Positions 1 to 12,338 of a stretch of DNA of 64,000 nucleotides are shown here, piece by piece. The number at the start of each line of letters is the position of its first letter. Positions within the stretch are counted from its first letter, which is position 1. Source of the stretch: Eledone cirrhosa (taxonomy: Eukaryota); NCBI GenBank assembly GCA_964016885.1, contig OZ024745.1, positions 96,162,001 through 96,226,000 on the forward strand. The letters are read 5' to 3'. The position numbers and the translations under genes are program-made. The notes under the pieces are model-generated. The model was not told the DNA's origin, did not search any database, and saw only the letters and a list, made by a program, of their open reading frames with translations.

Positions 1-637
1 TAAAATTGAATACTTCCTTATAATTAAAGGACTACTTATATATCGACAGTCGCTCAACTTTCGTCAAATCAGACCAAGGAAACAATGTTTCCGTTGGTCT
101 TTCCAATTGCTAATACTATCTATCAGTCACAACTCTAGGAAGAAGGAGCAACATGAAATAAAGTGTTTTGCTCAAGGACATAGAATCCTGGTCCAGGAAT
201 CGAACTCACAACCTCACGATTACGAATCCAATTCTCTAACCACTGAGCCACATACCTTCAAATACTTAAATTTATATATATGCACTCTTGTTTCTGTAAT
301 TTATTAAAACCAAAGCAGGTGTTGAACAATTACAGCATTTTTCTATAGAAAGTTTTCGAGGAAGTGCAGACAATTTTTTACTTATCCTTGTATACATATA
401 GATAAATAATAGTTTCTGAATTAGGCACAAGGCCAGCAATTTTAGGGGAGGAGAGAGTGCATTACTCGTGCATTATTTTATCGATCCCAAAAGAATGAAA
501 GGCAAAGCAAACTTCGGTGGGATTTGAACTCAGAATGTAAAGACATGTAACTATGTCACAAAGCATATTGTCCGATGCTTTACTGATACTGCCAATCCAA
601 CACCCTCAAATAGATGAATAATAAAAATATAACTTAC

Positions 638-721
638 ATCTGATACAGTATATGCACCAGGATTCATAAAGCTGGTCAGATCAATGTGCATTTTTCGTTC
701 ATTTGATGAAATATTGATTTT
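638..721 (-). CDS. CLCN7: CLCN7 exon t (84 nt): KINISSNERKMHIDLTSFMNPGAYTVSD
   Basis: ttttcag / GTAAGT; DL..FMNP..YTV at the start of CBS2. Confidence 0.94.
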
Positions 722-940
722 CTGAAAATCAAAATATAATAGATAATTAAATATCAATGCTATAACTTTTATAGATTTGTTTTTATACAATTATAACAAG
801 ATATCCTCTTCTGTATATTTACTCAAATCAATACAAGGAGCAATGAAAATTTAAACATAATATATGTCAAATGGAAAAGATGCTGGCTTTAAAACCCATA
901 GTTTAAAAGTTTAAACCCTGTCAAAATCCCTGAGTAGTGT

Positions 941-1184
941 TTCACCCTTTAGCATTCAAACCAGTTGTATCTGGTCAGAATTCTCTCACCTCTTTCTGTT
1001 CAAACAGGCTGTAACTGGCTACTAGATAACTGAGGTGAAAGAAAGGGAGTAATAGGAGAGAGAGAGATGAGGTAGGAAGAGATTGAACGATGATGATAAT
1101 GATTTCATATCCCGCAGATATTAACTTTGCATTTCATCCTTTCGCGATCGGATAAAATAGAGCGCCAATCAAATACTTTTAATT

Positions 1185-1229
<45 letters not shown>

Positions 1230-1965
1230 CACATACTTAAATATGGAATGTTACACGATGGGACCCCGCCACAGCCCCGGCAGACAGGATGGAGAAGGCA
1301 TTTCCCCGGAGGATGGCAAGGGAGATGCGCTGAAAAAGCCACTCTATCTCGCGGGGTTCACACCTGCAGCTAGCCAGCTCAGCGCCTATGGTGGTGAGTA
1401 AGGAGGTAGCCCTAGGGCCGAGGACATCAGAAGTCTCCACTGCCAGAGGTACAACCGCAAACCTGTCGGAGAATGACTGGTATTTGAGGAGTTTGGCCAC
1501 CTCAGCTCGACATGCAGCAGAACCTGGGTTAGTCGCAGACTGCACCAGCTTGCAGCTGCAGAAAGTGTTGGTGCAAGTAGCACCCCAGACGAGGGGTTTG
1601 CCACCGCGGAACAGGAAGATGGTCATGCCATCTGGCCTTTTGCCGTCCCCTCGGTCCAGCCCCACCGGCTCGAGCTGGGAAGGGTAGCCCGCAGCATGCT
1701 GGGAAGGGCAGCATGGCATGGAAGGCAGCCAGTACTGTGGCGACAGGAAAGTGGGTGGAGGCCGAAAGAGTCCACGGTGGATCCACAGCGACATTGGTGT
1801 GGCTCGCAGATCCGGAGGCCGAGATTGATCTTAATATATTGTTCTCAAAATAAATAATATCAAAATTTCATAGATTTGATATTATGTGAGATATTATGTG
1901 AGATAAAGCCTTTACTGCAAAAATACAATAGTAAATATAGAGTAATGTAAATGTTAAAGGGTTAA
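941..1965 (+). mobile_element. piggyBac-like TTAA MITE (family A), split by an ~800-bp nested insertion
   Basis: Left part 941-1020 and right part 1830-1965 match the two halves of the intact copies (e.g. 61411-61639). Confidence 0.8.
1227..1826 (-). mobile_element. 3' fragment of a non-LTR retrotransposon with a restriction-like endonuclease (CRE-like)
   Basis: GC-rich island. ORF 1237-1794 has EP.GL.R.DGKRPDG.T...GKPLVW.ATC, VPLAVET.DVLG and WLFQRISLAILRGNA. The 3' end abuts (TA)n. Confidence 0.8.
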
Positions 1966-3695
1966 AATCCATTGTTTAAAAGTTTAAACCCTGTCAACAT
2001 CCCTGAGTGGTGTTTAAAACCCACTGCTTAAAAGTTTAAACCCTGTCAACACAGTGGTGTTTAAACCCTGTCAAAATGTATTTGTTCTTTGTCAAAGTGA
2101 TGTTTGGTCTTAGGAGTAAAAAAAAAAAAAAAAACACTTTACATTGTTTGCCTCAATCTGCCTAATTTCAAAAATAAGTCTTATCTCAGTAAAAGAGTTA
2201 TTTTAAGTCAGCTAGGAAAATTCTCAAGACAGATTTTCTTTAGCTGACTGACATGCTCTGTAGATTGACAGAATTGTGCAAGCTCCAGACAAGAATCCTT
2301 ATAGTATTTGATCCAGCACAGTGTTTTATGTACAAATCCTACTGTGGCCTATTTGGGTAGTAGACTTAATCACTTGGTTTAACAGTTCTACTTGCATTTA
2401 GGGTACTTTAGTGGAATGCATCCTGTTGCAAGCATTCAGATCAGGTCTATGGATTGAAAATAATGTTTTCCTTCCCTTTCAGCAGTTTCTGAAGTCCTGC
2501 AAAGAGTCATGGATACTACTTTTCCCTCCCTGAGTAAACAATCTTCTTCTTATGCAGGAGTATATGTGTCATATAGCCCGACTATGCTTCTTCACACTTC
2601 TTGGTTTAAAGCAAGTGCTCTCTGAGTTCAACAGTTTTGTTTGTAATGTCCTCTATATGTTTGATGTAGCTTTTTCTTGAGTGACATCTGTTTTTGCCTT
2701 TCTTTAGATAGCAGAGAGCAAATCCTGATATTGGGCTGTTGTTTGCTCTTAGCTGTCATATGTAATGATTCATGACCAATGGCTGTCTGTTGACTTTGTA
2801 AAACAAGTTAAAAAATCAAAGAAATACTATAAATTATGTTAGCTCTGACATTCTCTCTTAAAATTGGCACCACAGATGTTTGTTAAAATATGACAACAGT
2901 TAAATCTTATTAGTGATAAACAAACTTATAATTTGATGTTAATATGGTAAGTGTAAACAGGAAAGAAAATCATTAATAGTGATGGTCAGCACAACCTGTG
3001 GAATTTCTAGGTAGCTCTACAGTATTGCATCAGATATCTTTGTTGATGTTTAGCCGAAGGTTAGCATGGATAAAGCAAGACATACCAATTGTAACCATAC
3101 CTTTTCTTCAATGACATTATCTAATATTCTCCTCCCTTTTAAAACAGTGAGGGCTGGATCAGCAAAGTGATGAATGCTGGTCCAGGAGGCAGTAGAGGCT
3201 CAGGCAAACCAAAAAAGACTTGGATGTAGGATGTCCGTCGGGATCAAGCTAGGCTTGGCCTGACCCAAGTGAGACCAGAGGACAGAAACACATAGAGCCG
3301 GACGCTAAGAAGCGCCATCAGGCAGGAGCCACCCCTACTTATTAGGAAAATGAATTAGCAATGCAAATATATTTATGCCTCGTGTGTAAACCTCACTCTT
3401 GTGTCATTCAACTAAGCAAGGTACATTACTCTGACTACACAGATCTGCCAGGCTACAAGGGTTTTCAATCCTAAAACCACTCTGAATAGATAGCAGTAAC
3501 ATGAGCATCAGACTGTGAAAACAACAGATACAACCGCATATGAATTTGATTATTTGGGTGCTATCCAAAGGAAGGATATCTTTTTTCAATCAGTAGTACA
3601 ACACCTTGAAAATTAAGTTAAGCACTAGTGCATATTGACTCCTGCAAAATAACAATGAAGAAAAGCTTAGGAATAAATTGTATTACACAACTTAC

Positions 3696-3788
3696 ATGAA
3701 TTGGCTGGAATCGAGGATATTCTTCCCTAAAGTCTTTATTGTGTAGATTCCTGATTGTATGAAAGAGGTCTTCTCTCTCATTGAAAGC
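3696..3788 (-). CDS. CLCN7: CLCN7 exon s (93 nt): AFNEREDLFHTIRNLHNKDFREEYPRFQPIH
   Basis: cttgtcag / GTAAGT; KDFR..YPRF.PI. Confidence 0.93.
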
Positions 3789-4748
3789 CTGACAAGTTAA
3801 AAAAAGAAGAGAAAATTACTGTAGCTGCATGTGAAAGATGTACTTTGTTTATATAAAATTTAAACTGAAAATGCAGATCAGCATATAGATTGTCAAAACA
3901 CCTCTAGATAGAAAAGAGTGGATAAAATTAATATGAATAATGGTCAATTAGAAAGAAAGACGAGGAAAGAGAGAACAGAGGGGGAGATATATAAAAGGAG
4001 AAGTAGTAGAGAGGGAAGAGGTAGACAGGGAAAAGTAGAGTGTGAAATAAAAGGGCTTGATGAGGCCAGAATACAGCAAAGTACAGGAAGTTGTAGCCTG
4101 CTGTTGGTTGATTGCTTGTTTATTGGGTGGTTATTTGGACTCTTTTTTTCTTTTATATTCAGTTTCTAAAGAGAGAGTGTGAGGTAGGAACTTCATTTTA
4201 GAAGACATAGCCCTATTTTGTACTAAGACAAAGTAGAGCTATGTCTTCTAAAACCATGTATTGTACAGAGTCAGCACCTGTTCAGAGTTGAAGTAGAATG
4301 AACTCTGAAAATCCTAATCATTGTGATGCAACTTATGCAATGTGGTAAACCTATTATCACTTAGTGGTAACCTAAACAAAAGATCCAAAACCTTAGATAT
4401 GAAGGCAGTGAATTAGAAGAAGCATTAGAGTGTCAGACAAAATTCCTTGCCATATTTATTCCAGCACCTTGCAGTTTAAGTTCACATCCCAATGAGATAA
4501 ACCTGGCATTTCCTCATTCCACTAATTCACCACCTACTGAGGTGAATTAGTGGAATTATTAGAATGTCAAATAGGATAGTTTGCAATATTTATTCCAGGA
4601 GTTCAAATCCTGCCAAGGCCTGCTTGAATGGTAGATTTAACCAGTTTCCCCAGTTTAACACAACCATATGGCGCTTGTCTAGAAGAGTCCACTCTGTTCA
4701 AAGCATTTGTACCATGTCTCTGGTTTGAGTATACCTTCCTCCATCTCT

Positions 4749-5085
4749 CCTGCACACCAGTCTTGGAGGCCCTAAGAAGGGCCACAAATACGACCCAGCC
4801 TCCTGCACACCAGTCTTGAAGGCCCTAAAAAGGGCCATAAATACTACCCACCCTCCTGCACACCAGTCTTGGAAACCCTAAAAAAGGCCATGAGTACTAC
4901 CCACCATCCTGCATATAAGTCATGGAAGCCATGAAAAGGGCCTCAAATACTACCCACCCTCCTGCACACCAGTCTTGGAAACCCTAAAAAAGGCCATGAG
5001 TACTACCCACCATCCTGCATATAAGTCATGGAAGCCATGGAAAGGGCCTCAAATACCACACACCCTCCTGCAAACCAGTCATGTA
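4749..5085. repeat. 53-bp minisatellite, ~6 units; the last four form an AB-AB dimer
   Basis: cctgcacaccagtcttg recurs at 4749, 4802 and 4855. Confidence 0.9.
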
Positions 5086-5691
5086 ATGGAGCTGATTCAG
5101 TTGATTATGATTCTCCTCAGCTAATTGCCATATTTGAGCAAACGTAAACATATATTAACAATTCTAATCTCTGACTGTTATATCATCATCATCGATTTAC
5201 ATCAGTTTTTGTATGCTGGTATGTCATATTCTGATTAGACAGGTTAAATAACTGCATCTTGCATGGTTTCTATGGCTGGATGGTCATCCTAGTACCAATC
5301 ACCCAACAATATGTACTGGGTGTATTTCATTGTGACATTAGCAAACTTTAGATAGTGCAGTAGGTGCATTTTATCATGGCCCCAACACTGCCACTTTATA
5401 GAGTGGGAAGGGTGCATTTATTGTGGCACTAACACAACTACATTATAGTGTGGGTGCATTTTATCATAGCACCAGCTCTATCACTTTATAGAGTAGGTTG
5501 GGTGCATTTTATCTAGTACTAACACTAAGGCAATCATTTTGTTCTTTGTTGGGCAGGGAGACAATGACAGGTGTGGGGCAGAGAAGATATAAGCTTGGCT
5601 AAAGTAGCACTGTGGGATGGGTACCAATGGCTTGCAAAACGATAAAAAAAATAATAAACAAACACATAAATGCCAGCGACTAATATTTTAC

Positions 5692-5781
5692 CTTCATTTT
5701 CAAAAGAACCAATAATTGTGTACGCAGTATCATTCCTCGGTAAGTGCCAAAGGTCTCTGATTCATCTGGGTTCATTAAGTG
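5692..5781 (-). CDS. CLCN7: CLCN7 exon r (90 nt): HLMNPDESETFGTYRGMILRTQLLVLLKMK
   Basis: ttatag / GTAAAA; G.ILR.QL.VLLK end of CBS1. The acceptor position is slightly less certain. Confidence 0.88.
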
Positions 5782-6963
5782 CTATAATATAATATGAACA
5801 ATGTCAAGAGATATAGGAAAAGCAGGCAGGACAAACAATATGAAAGAGACAAACAAATAAGATAACAGGATAATATGAAATACACAAACAAGATTAAAAA
5901 ATGCAATATGGAGCAATTAAACAAGATAAAAGTAATAACCATCATCCATTTTACATCCCTTTTGTCAAAGGCTAGTGTAGGTTGGATGGGTTTTCCCCTC
6001 CATTTGCTGTGTTTCTTCATCATCTGCTCTTAGACAAAAACTAATACCCTAGACAACTATCTGAATGTCTAGGATTCAGTAAAACATGAAAGATTTATCT
6101 GCTTGGTGGTAAGGAGAAATGATGCATTGTGGTGAGAGCTGTCCTCAAATCACAGGCTCACAGAGGTGATGACAAAGGATTGCAACATGTGAAGAGATGC
6201 CGTGCTGAGAAGGACCAGTTCAAACCATGCAAGTGTAGAAAAGAGGACTTAAAAACGATGATGTAATGCCAGATTTAAACATATGTTAAACAAACTAGAC
6301 CTTAAATCTGCAAAGCATAAAATTGTTGAAGGTCATATCGGTTTACAAATTTTTTGGAAATCTGGTGTAACTTTTTAAGAAAAGCCTCGCGAAGCTTTAT
6401 ATAGCTTAGGGGCTCACCAAGTTTAAATTCAGTATTGGTGCTATAACCAGTGAAAGTTGTCTGGGGATTGGTTGTTGCTAGTTGATAACTGTGGAGGCAT
6501 GTGGCCTAGTGGTAAGGGTGTTGGGCCTATGATCATAATTGTTTCTACTTTTGGCACAAGGCCAGCAATTACCCAGTACATTACTGGTACTTTATTTTAT
6601 CGACCTCGTAAGGATGAAAGGCAAAGTTAACCTCGGCGGGATTTGAACTCAGTCCGTAAAGGGTAGGTTGTATGTTATATTATTGAGCAAAAACACTTCA
6701 TTTCACATTGCTCCAGTATATTCAGCTGAAAATGAGTACCAGCAATAAGAGAATGTTTAACCCAGCGATGGACTAGTGTCCTAGACTTAGACTAGTTGAT
6801 AACTATCAGTATATTTAGGTTGTTGGATAAATAATCTGCTCCTACACTGGCTATCTTTCAGCTATAGATCTGCTTAAGCAAACAGACTGATAACTTAATA
6901 GCATATACTTAACACAAACAGAGAAACAGAGATAAATATTCCTTTTCCGTGTCTACAATGATT

Positions 6964-7181
6964 ATAAGCCTTTAGCATTTACATTAATCTATATATACTA
7001 TTGTATTTTCATGGTAACACATAGTTATCTCACATAATATCAAATCTATGAGATGTTGATATTATTTATTTTGAGAACAATACCTTAACATCAGTATGAG
7101 TGGCCGGTTATGATCAGTTTGAACAGAAAGATGTGAGAGAATTCTGGCTGGATATGGCCAGTTTAAATGCTAAAGGGTTAA
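6964..7181 (-). mobile_element. TTAA MITE family A copy
   Basis: Ends in taaatgctaaagggTTAA; body shared with the other copies. Confidence 0.85.
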
Positions 7182-7407
7182 AGCTGATATTGAAATAATG
7201 GTCTACTGTTGAATTATTAAGCAACCACACTATTCTAACCGCTGCCAATGTATTCTTAACTAAATCTATTAAGAACTTTAATGAGTTGATAAATTTAAAA
7301 TTATTTAACTTTATAACATGTAGTAGATACTGGGCTGCAGGCATGCTGGGAAGAAACATTTAAAGATTGTTATATTTGGAAAGACACAAGAAAGACTGAT
7401 TACTTAC

Positions 7408-7537
7408 TCTTGGACCTTGAGGATCATAGTTATCCACAACAGGGAAACCATTGTGACTCTCATGGAGAAGAATATCCATCACTCGACCAACTTTCTCAAC
7501 ACGTTGCAGCACTGTGACAGGATGAGCCATCACTTCA
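7408..7537 (-). CDS. CLCN7: CLCN7 exon q (130 nt): (N)EVMAHPVTVLQRVEKVGRVMDILLHESHNGFPVVDNYDPQGPR (CBS1)
   Basis: tcctacag / GTAAGT; EVM..PV..L...EKVG, HNGFPVV. Confidence 0.95.
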
Positions 7538-7661
7538 CTGTAGGAAAAAAAACAGGTAAAATAGTACAATGTTACATTCCATTTGTCTTTGTTGTAGTGT
7601 GTGTGTGTGGGGGGGGGGGGGGGGGGGGCGTTTCGTTTAGTAATATATATCATTTAGTGAC

Positions 7662-7887
7662 TTAACCCTTTAGTATTTACATTACTCTATATATACTATT
7701 ATATTTTCACGGTAAATGCTTTACTTCACATAATTATCTCACATAATATCAAATCTATGAGATTTTGATATTTATTTTAAGAACAATACCTTAACATCAG
7801 TATGAGTGGCCAGTTACAGCTGGTTGGAACAGAAACAGGTGAGAGAATTCTGGCCAGATATGGCTGGTTTAAATACTAAAGAGTTAA
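7662..7887 (-). mobile_element. TTAA MITE family A copy
   Basis: TTAAccctttagtattta ... taaatactaaagagTTAA terminal inverted repeats. Confidence 0.88.
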
Positions 7888-8317
7888 ATGCAAGGTACTA
7901 CTTCTAAGGTACTACTTCTAATAGGCTAGTTTATTTTATTAACCTTGGAGGAATGTAAAGCAAACCCCTCCTTAGTAAGATTTGAGTTTGTACTCTACAG
8001 GGACATAACTAAATGCAATAAAGCATTTAATGTAACACTACATAGATTCACTTCCCTCAGCAGACACCCATTTTTTATATTAATAAATATTGATTGAAGT
8101 TTTAGGACACACTAATTAATGCAGCATGTCAGAAAGAATAGAGAGTGTGATTGTGTGCATGCATATGTGGTGTGTACATGTGTGAGTGTGTGTGTATTCA
8201 TACCTGTATGTGTACATTCTTGTGTGTGTGTGTGTGCATACCTGTATGTGTGCATACTTGTGTGTGTGTGCATGTGGGAATAAAGGAAAAGTAAGCCTGC
8301 CATTATATTTAACTTAC

Positions 8318-8403
8318 TTGGCATTCAATGAAGATGCAAGATCAGATGGCTGCCATCCAAGCAATGGAACACCTCCAAGGTGTATGTGAATATCATAGAT
8401 ACC
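8318..8403 (-). CDS. CLCN7: CLCN7 exon p (86 nt): GIYDIHIHLGGVPLLGWQPSDLASSLNA
   Basis: tacacag / GTAAGT; central Tyr in GIYD.HI.L..VP.L.W. Confidence 0.95.
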
Positions 8404-8974
8404 CTGTGTAGTAAAAAGGTAAAAAAAGGAATAGAGGAGGAGGAGGAGGAGGAGGAGGAGGAGAAGAAGAAGAAAAGAAAGAAACAATAATAGTCCAAAT
8501 GAAGTTAAAATACTATTCTGGCTAAAAATTGAATTTAAAAAATATTTTCCAGAAACGAAAGTTAACATCACATTTATGATTATTTATCATCTTATTTTCA
8601 ACAGTTTTAATGAGTTTCTCCTTAACACACTACCAAATGTATCCCTGTGTTCCTGATTGTGTGTGCGTGTCTTTTAGGAATATAGAACTGCATATGGAAT
8701 ATGACATCAGTTTTGCTTTGTTGTCAAATCTGTTGTTTATAATGTTAGGTCATTGTTTCATCTGCTATGTAGAGTATAGGCAATATTATCATCTAACATC
8801 TATTTTGCCTACTTGCAACAATTGAATGGGGCATCACAGAACAAAACAGTACATAATCATCCCACCCCTATACCTATGTCCCCACTTTCCCCAAGCATCT
8901 TCCCCATCCATGTTCCCCCCCCCCCCATAGAGTGCCCCTCCTCCCGAAGCCAAGACAAACAAGCCCAGCCCATA

Positions 8975-9500
8975 CTATAAATTGGTCATGTAGGTGTCAC
9001 GACAAAAACACCCAGTCCACACTGTAAAGTGGTTGTGTAGGTGTCACAACAAAAAGCGCCCAGCCCACACTGTAAAGTGGTCATGTAGTTGTCACGACAA
9101 AAGTGCCCAGCCCACATTGTAAAGTGGTCATGTAGTTGTCACGACAAAAGTGCCCAGTCAACACTGTAAAGTGGTCATGTTGGTGTCACGACAAAAGCAC
9201 CCAGTCAACACTGTAAAGTGGTTGTGTAGGTGTCTCGACAAAAAGCGCCCAGCCCACACTGTAAAGTGGTCATGTTGGTGACATGATAAAAGTGCCCAGC
9301 CCACATTGTAAAGTGGTCATGTAGTTGTCACGACAAAAGTGCCCAGCCCACATTGTAAAGTGGTCATGTAGTTGTCACGACAAAAGTACCCAGTCAACAC
9401 TGTAAAGTGGTTGTGTAGGTGTCACGACAAAAAGCGCCCAGCCCACACTGTAAAGTGGTCATGTATGTGTCATGACAAAAAGCATCTAGCAAACACTGTA
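8975..9500 (+). repeat. ~39-bp tandem repeat derived from a LINE/SINE 3' region; an inverted array lies at 55285-55661
   Basis: Unit cactgtaaagtggtcatgtagttgtcacgacaaaagtgcccagcc; runs into the ggttggcattaggaagggcat SINE/LINE tail. Confidence 0.9.
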
Positions 9501-10312
9501 AATGTGGTTGGCATTAGGAAGGGCATTCAGCAGTAGAAACTAAGCTAAAATCAGTTCTGTGTGAGCGAAACACAGTCCTCTGACCCGATCTCTCACAAAG
9601 GGACAGCCTGTCCTACCCATGCTAATGTTAGACAATGATGATGAATCAGAGCCCCTGACCTCTCAGATGAGCTGGGAGCCCACATCTCATTTACATACAT
9701 TCCTGCAGTTTGCAGACTGCATCAGATGCATTATATTCTTGCACTAACATTAGGGAGGCTGTCATGTATTTAACACAACTGAAAAGTTTTCTCAACTTTT
9801 AGGCAAGTTTTCTATGGCTGGATGCCCTTCCTATCACCAACCACTTTACAGAATGTACTGGGTGTACTACAGAGGTTGTAATGCCATTGCTACAAATGAA
9901 GAGTCCTCTTGACCCTTTTGGATATGGTTTCTACAGCTGAATGCCCTTATTATCCCCAACCACCTTACAGAGTATACTGAGTACATTTTTGATAACACCA
10001 GCACTATTGCTCTTATCATTTTTGTGGGGTTTATTTATAATTTTCTGAAAAAAAAAAATGACAAAATTTTCCGACAATTTTTTTTTTTTTTGGCAGGGGG
10101 GGGATTGCAGCTGTATCCCTATCCACCTCCAGCAACACGCCACTGTTCAACAGAGATAAGCCAGCAATGGTATGCTGAAGCATCATCCAGATGCAAAGTG
10201 AAAATAACTAAATGGAAATTAAATGAAACTGCTAAAAAAAAAAAATGAAAATTTCTTTTATTCTGTTTGATGAACTTTATTAAAATAGAAAAAAAAAAAA
10301 AGATGTTCCTAC

Positions 10313-10440
10313 CTCATTAAAACAGTCTCCTACCCATTTCGCCATGATGATTGTCAACATAATAGGAAGACCATATGAGATGTTGGCTGTGGCTTCAATA
10401 ATGATGACAGTGAGACTTATTGTCATACGAACAACACCAC
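10313..10440 (-). CDS. CLCN7: CLCN7 exon o (128 nt): (G)[42 protein letters not shown]
   Basis: aaccag / GTAGGA; GG.VRMT.SLTVI..EAT. Confidence 0.96.
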
Positions 10441-11593
10441 CTGGTTTTTAATACAAAACAGATAGAAAAATATTAATTTTTTCCCAAATTACCTCATTAA
10501 ATCAGACTGTTTTTTTCAGAAGGTGAGGTCATGCATACTGGAGCAAGCAGATGTAATGCTGTTTTAAGATTTAAACTTTTTACCATAAACCAGGTACCAG
10601 GATATCAGTAACTTAGCACTGTAACAGAGTCATTATGCTTCAAAGTAAGATTGTTAGATTTATATTGCAATTTAAAACCAACAGTTTAAACCAAACCTAT
10701 TGATGTCAAACTTCCTGAAACTGATTCTCATTCTACAATATAAAACTGTTTGTTTTAAAGTGTTTATAATTATCTAAAAACATTCCATCATAATTTTTGT
10801 ATAAATTATGCTAAAAAAAAAAAAAATTTGTTGATCAACTTTCATCAAATCGAACCAAGGAAACAATGTTTCTGTTGGTCTTTCTAATTGCTAATACTAT
10901 CTATCGATCACAACTCCAGGTAGAAGGAGCAATGTAAAATGTAAAATAAAGTGTCTTGCTCTGCATCACCCGGTCCAGGAATTGAACTGACAACCTCACG
11001 ATTGCGATTATGCTCTAAACATCAACTAAATTACATAAAAGTTTATTATATTACTAAATCCCTCCAAATTCTTGATTATTTTCAAAATCTTGTGAAAATC
11101 ATAAGCAGTGTTTTTTTATTACAAATATGGTAACAAAGGGGTAAAAATATCTATGCACACAATCAAAACTTGCAATTTATGCATATGTTCAAATTTGCAT
11201 AATTGTATAAGTCATGTAAATATTTGACAATATTTGACAAAATAAATAATCTATTTGAGACAAACAAATATATTCATTTTCTTTGTTCACTTTTATCAGT
11301 CTTTTTGTCAAAACAAAAATAATCAGAATGGAGTGAAATATCATGAATCCCTCATACATACAATCATACATTTCGTTACATTGTTTTCAACATCATAAGA
11401 TATCTGTTAAACACATATAGAGTTTGGTACCTTTACTAATAATGGCTTCTGATTTAAGCACAAAGTCAATTCTTTTGGGGGAGGGAAAAGGGATTAAATC
11501 GCCTCCAGTAAAGATGAAAGGCAAAGCTAACTTTGGCGGGATTTGAACTCAGAACATACCAAAGAGACAAAGTAGAATGGAAGGAATTCTTAC

Positions 11594-11645
11594 CAAGCAT
11601 AGCTGCAGCACCAATCAATGCATATTTTCCTGGATCTGCAAGTTT
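11594..11645 (-). CDS. CLCN7: CLCN7 exon n (52 nt): KLADPGKYALIGAAAML(G)
   Basis: atttcag / GTAAGA; ADPGKYAL.GAAA. Confidence 0.95.
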
Positions 11646-12049
11646 CTGAAATTAGAAGAGAAAATTCAATAACAGAATTTTTCAAGTTGACTAAATAGTA
11701 TTGAAATATATAGAGCAGCAACTAGCTAAGCTAACAAGGCACTGTCCTGTTGATCAAAAGATCGTTGATACATATACAAAATGTTGGATGTGTGACAATA
11801 TATTTTTATAACTTCAGTAGTAATAATAGTTGTCTAAATGAGCTGTTGCTAATAAAATCGGTATAAGATATGATGACATAAATAGTTGTGTCATCTCATG
11901 GCCAAATCCTATTTCAAGGAATTATTTTACATGAATTCCACAGACTTAAGCAATAGACAGACTAAGGAAATTAAAATGTTTGGATTTAGTTGCTGGAATT
12001 AAGCTGATCGGGAAATCTCAAACTAAATCACATTGATCCAAGATTATCC

Positions 12050-12338
12050 TCAAACAGTAGTTTCTATATATTTAAACAGTAGTTTCTATAGATATTTAAA
12101 CAGTAGTTTCTATAGATATTTAAACAGTAGTTTTATACATATTTAAACAGTAGTTTCTATACATATTTAAACAGTAGTTTCTATACATATTTAAACAGTA
12201 GTTTCTATACATATTTAAACAGTAGTTTCTATACATATTTAAACAGTAGTTTCTATACATATTTAAACAGTAGTTTTTATACATATTTAAACAGTAGTTT
12301 CTATACATATTTAAACAGTAGTTTCTATACATATTTAA
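12050..12338. repeat. 24-bp minisatellite, ~12 copies
   Basis: atatttaaacagtagtttctatac. Confidence 0.95.

Noticed and set aside
310-372. Minus-strand SALPRK peptide resembling the ASLPR start of the next CBS2 exon
   Set aside because: No AG acceptor upstream and no continuation into FR.LGLRH; coincidental.
10488-10501. Second acctcattaaa, identical to the end of exon o, with a GT donor
   Set aside because: Only an 11-nt match and no coding similarity upstream; not a duplicated exon.
12120-12332. ORF (MYRNYCLN)n
   Set aside because: Translation of the 24-bp minisatellite.
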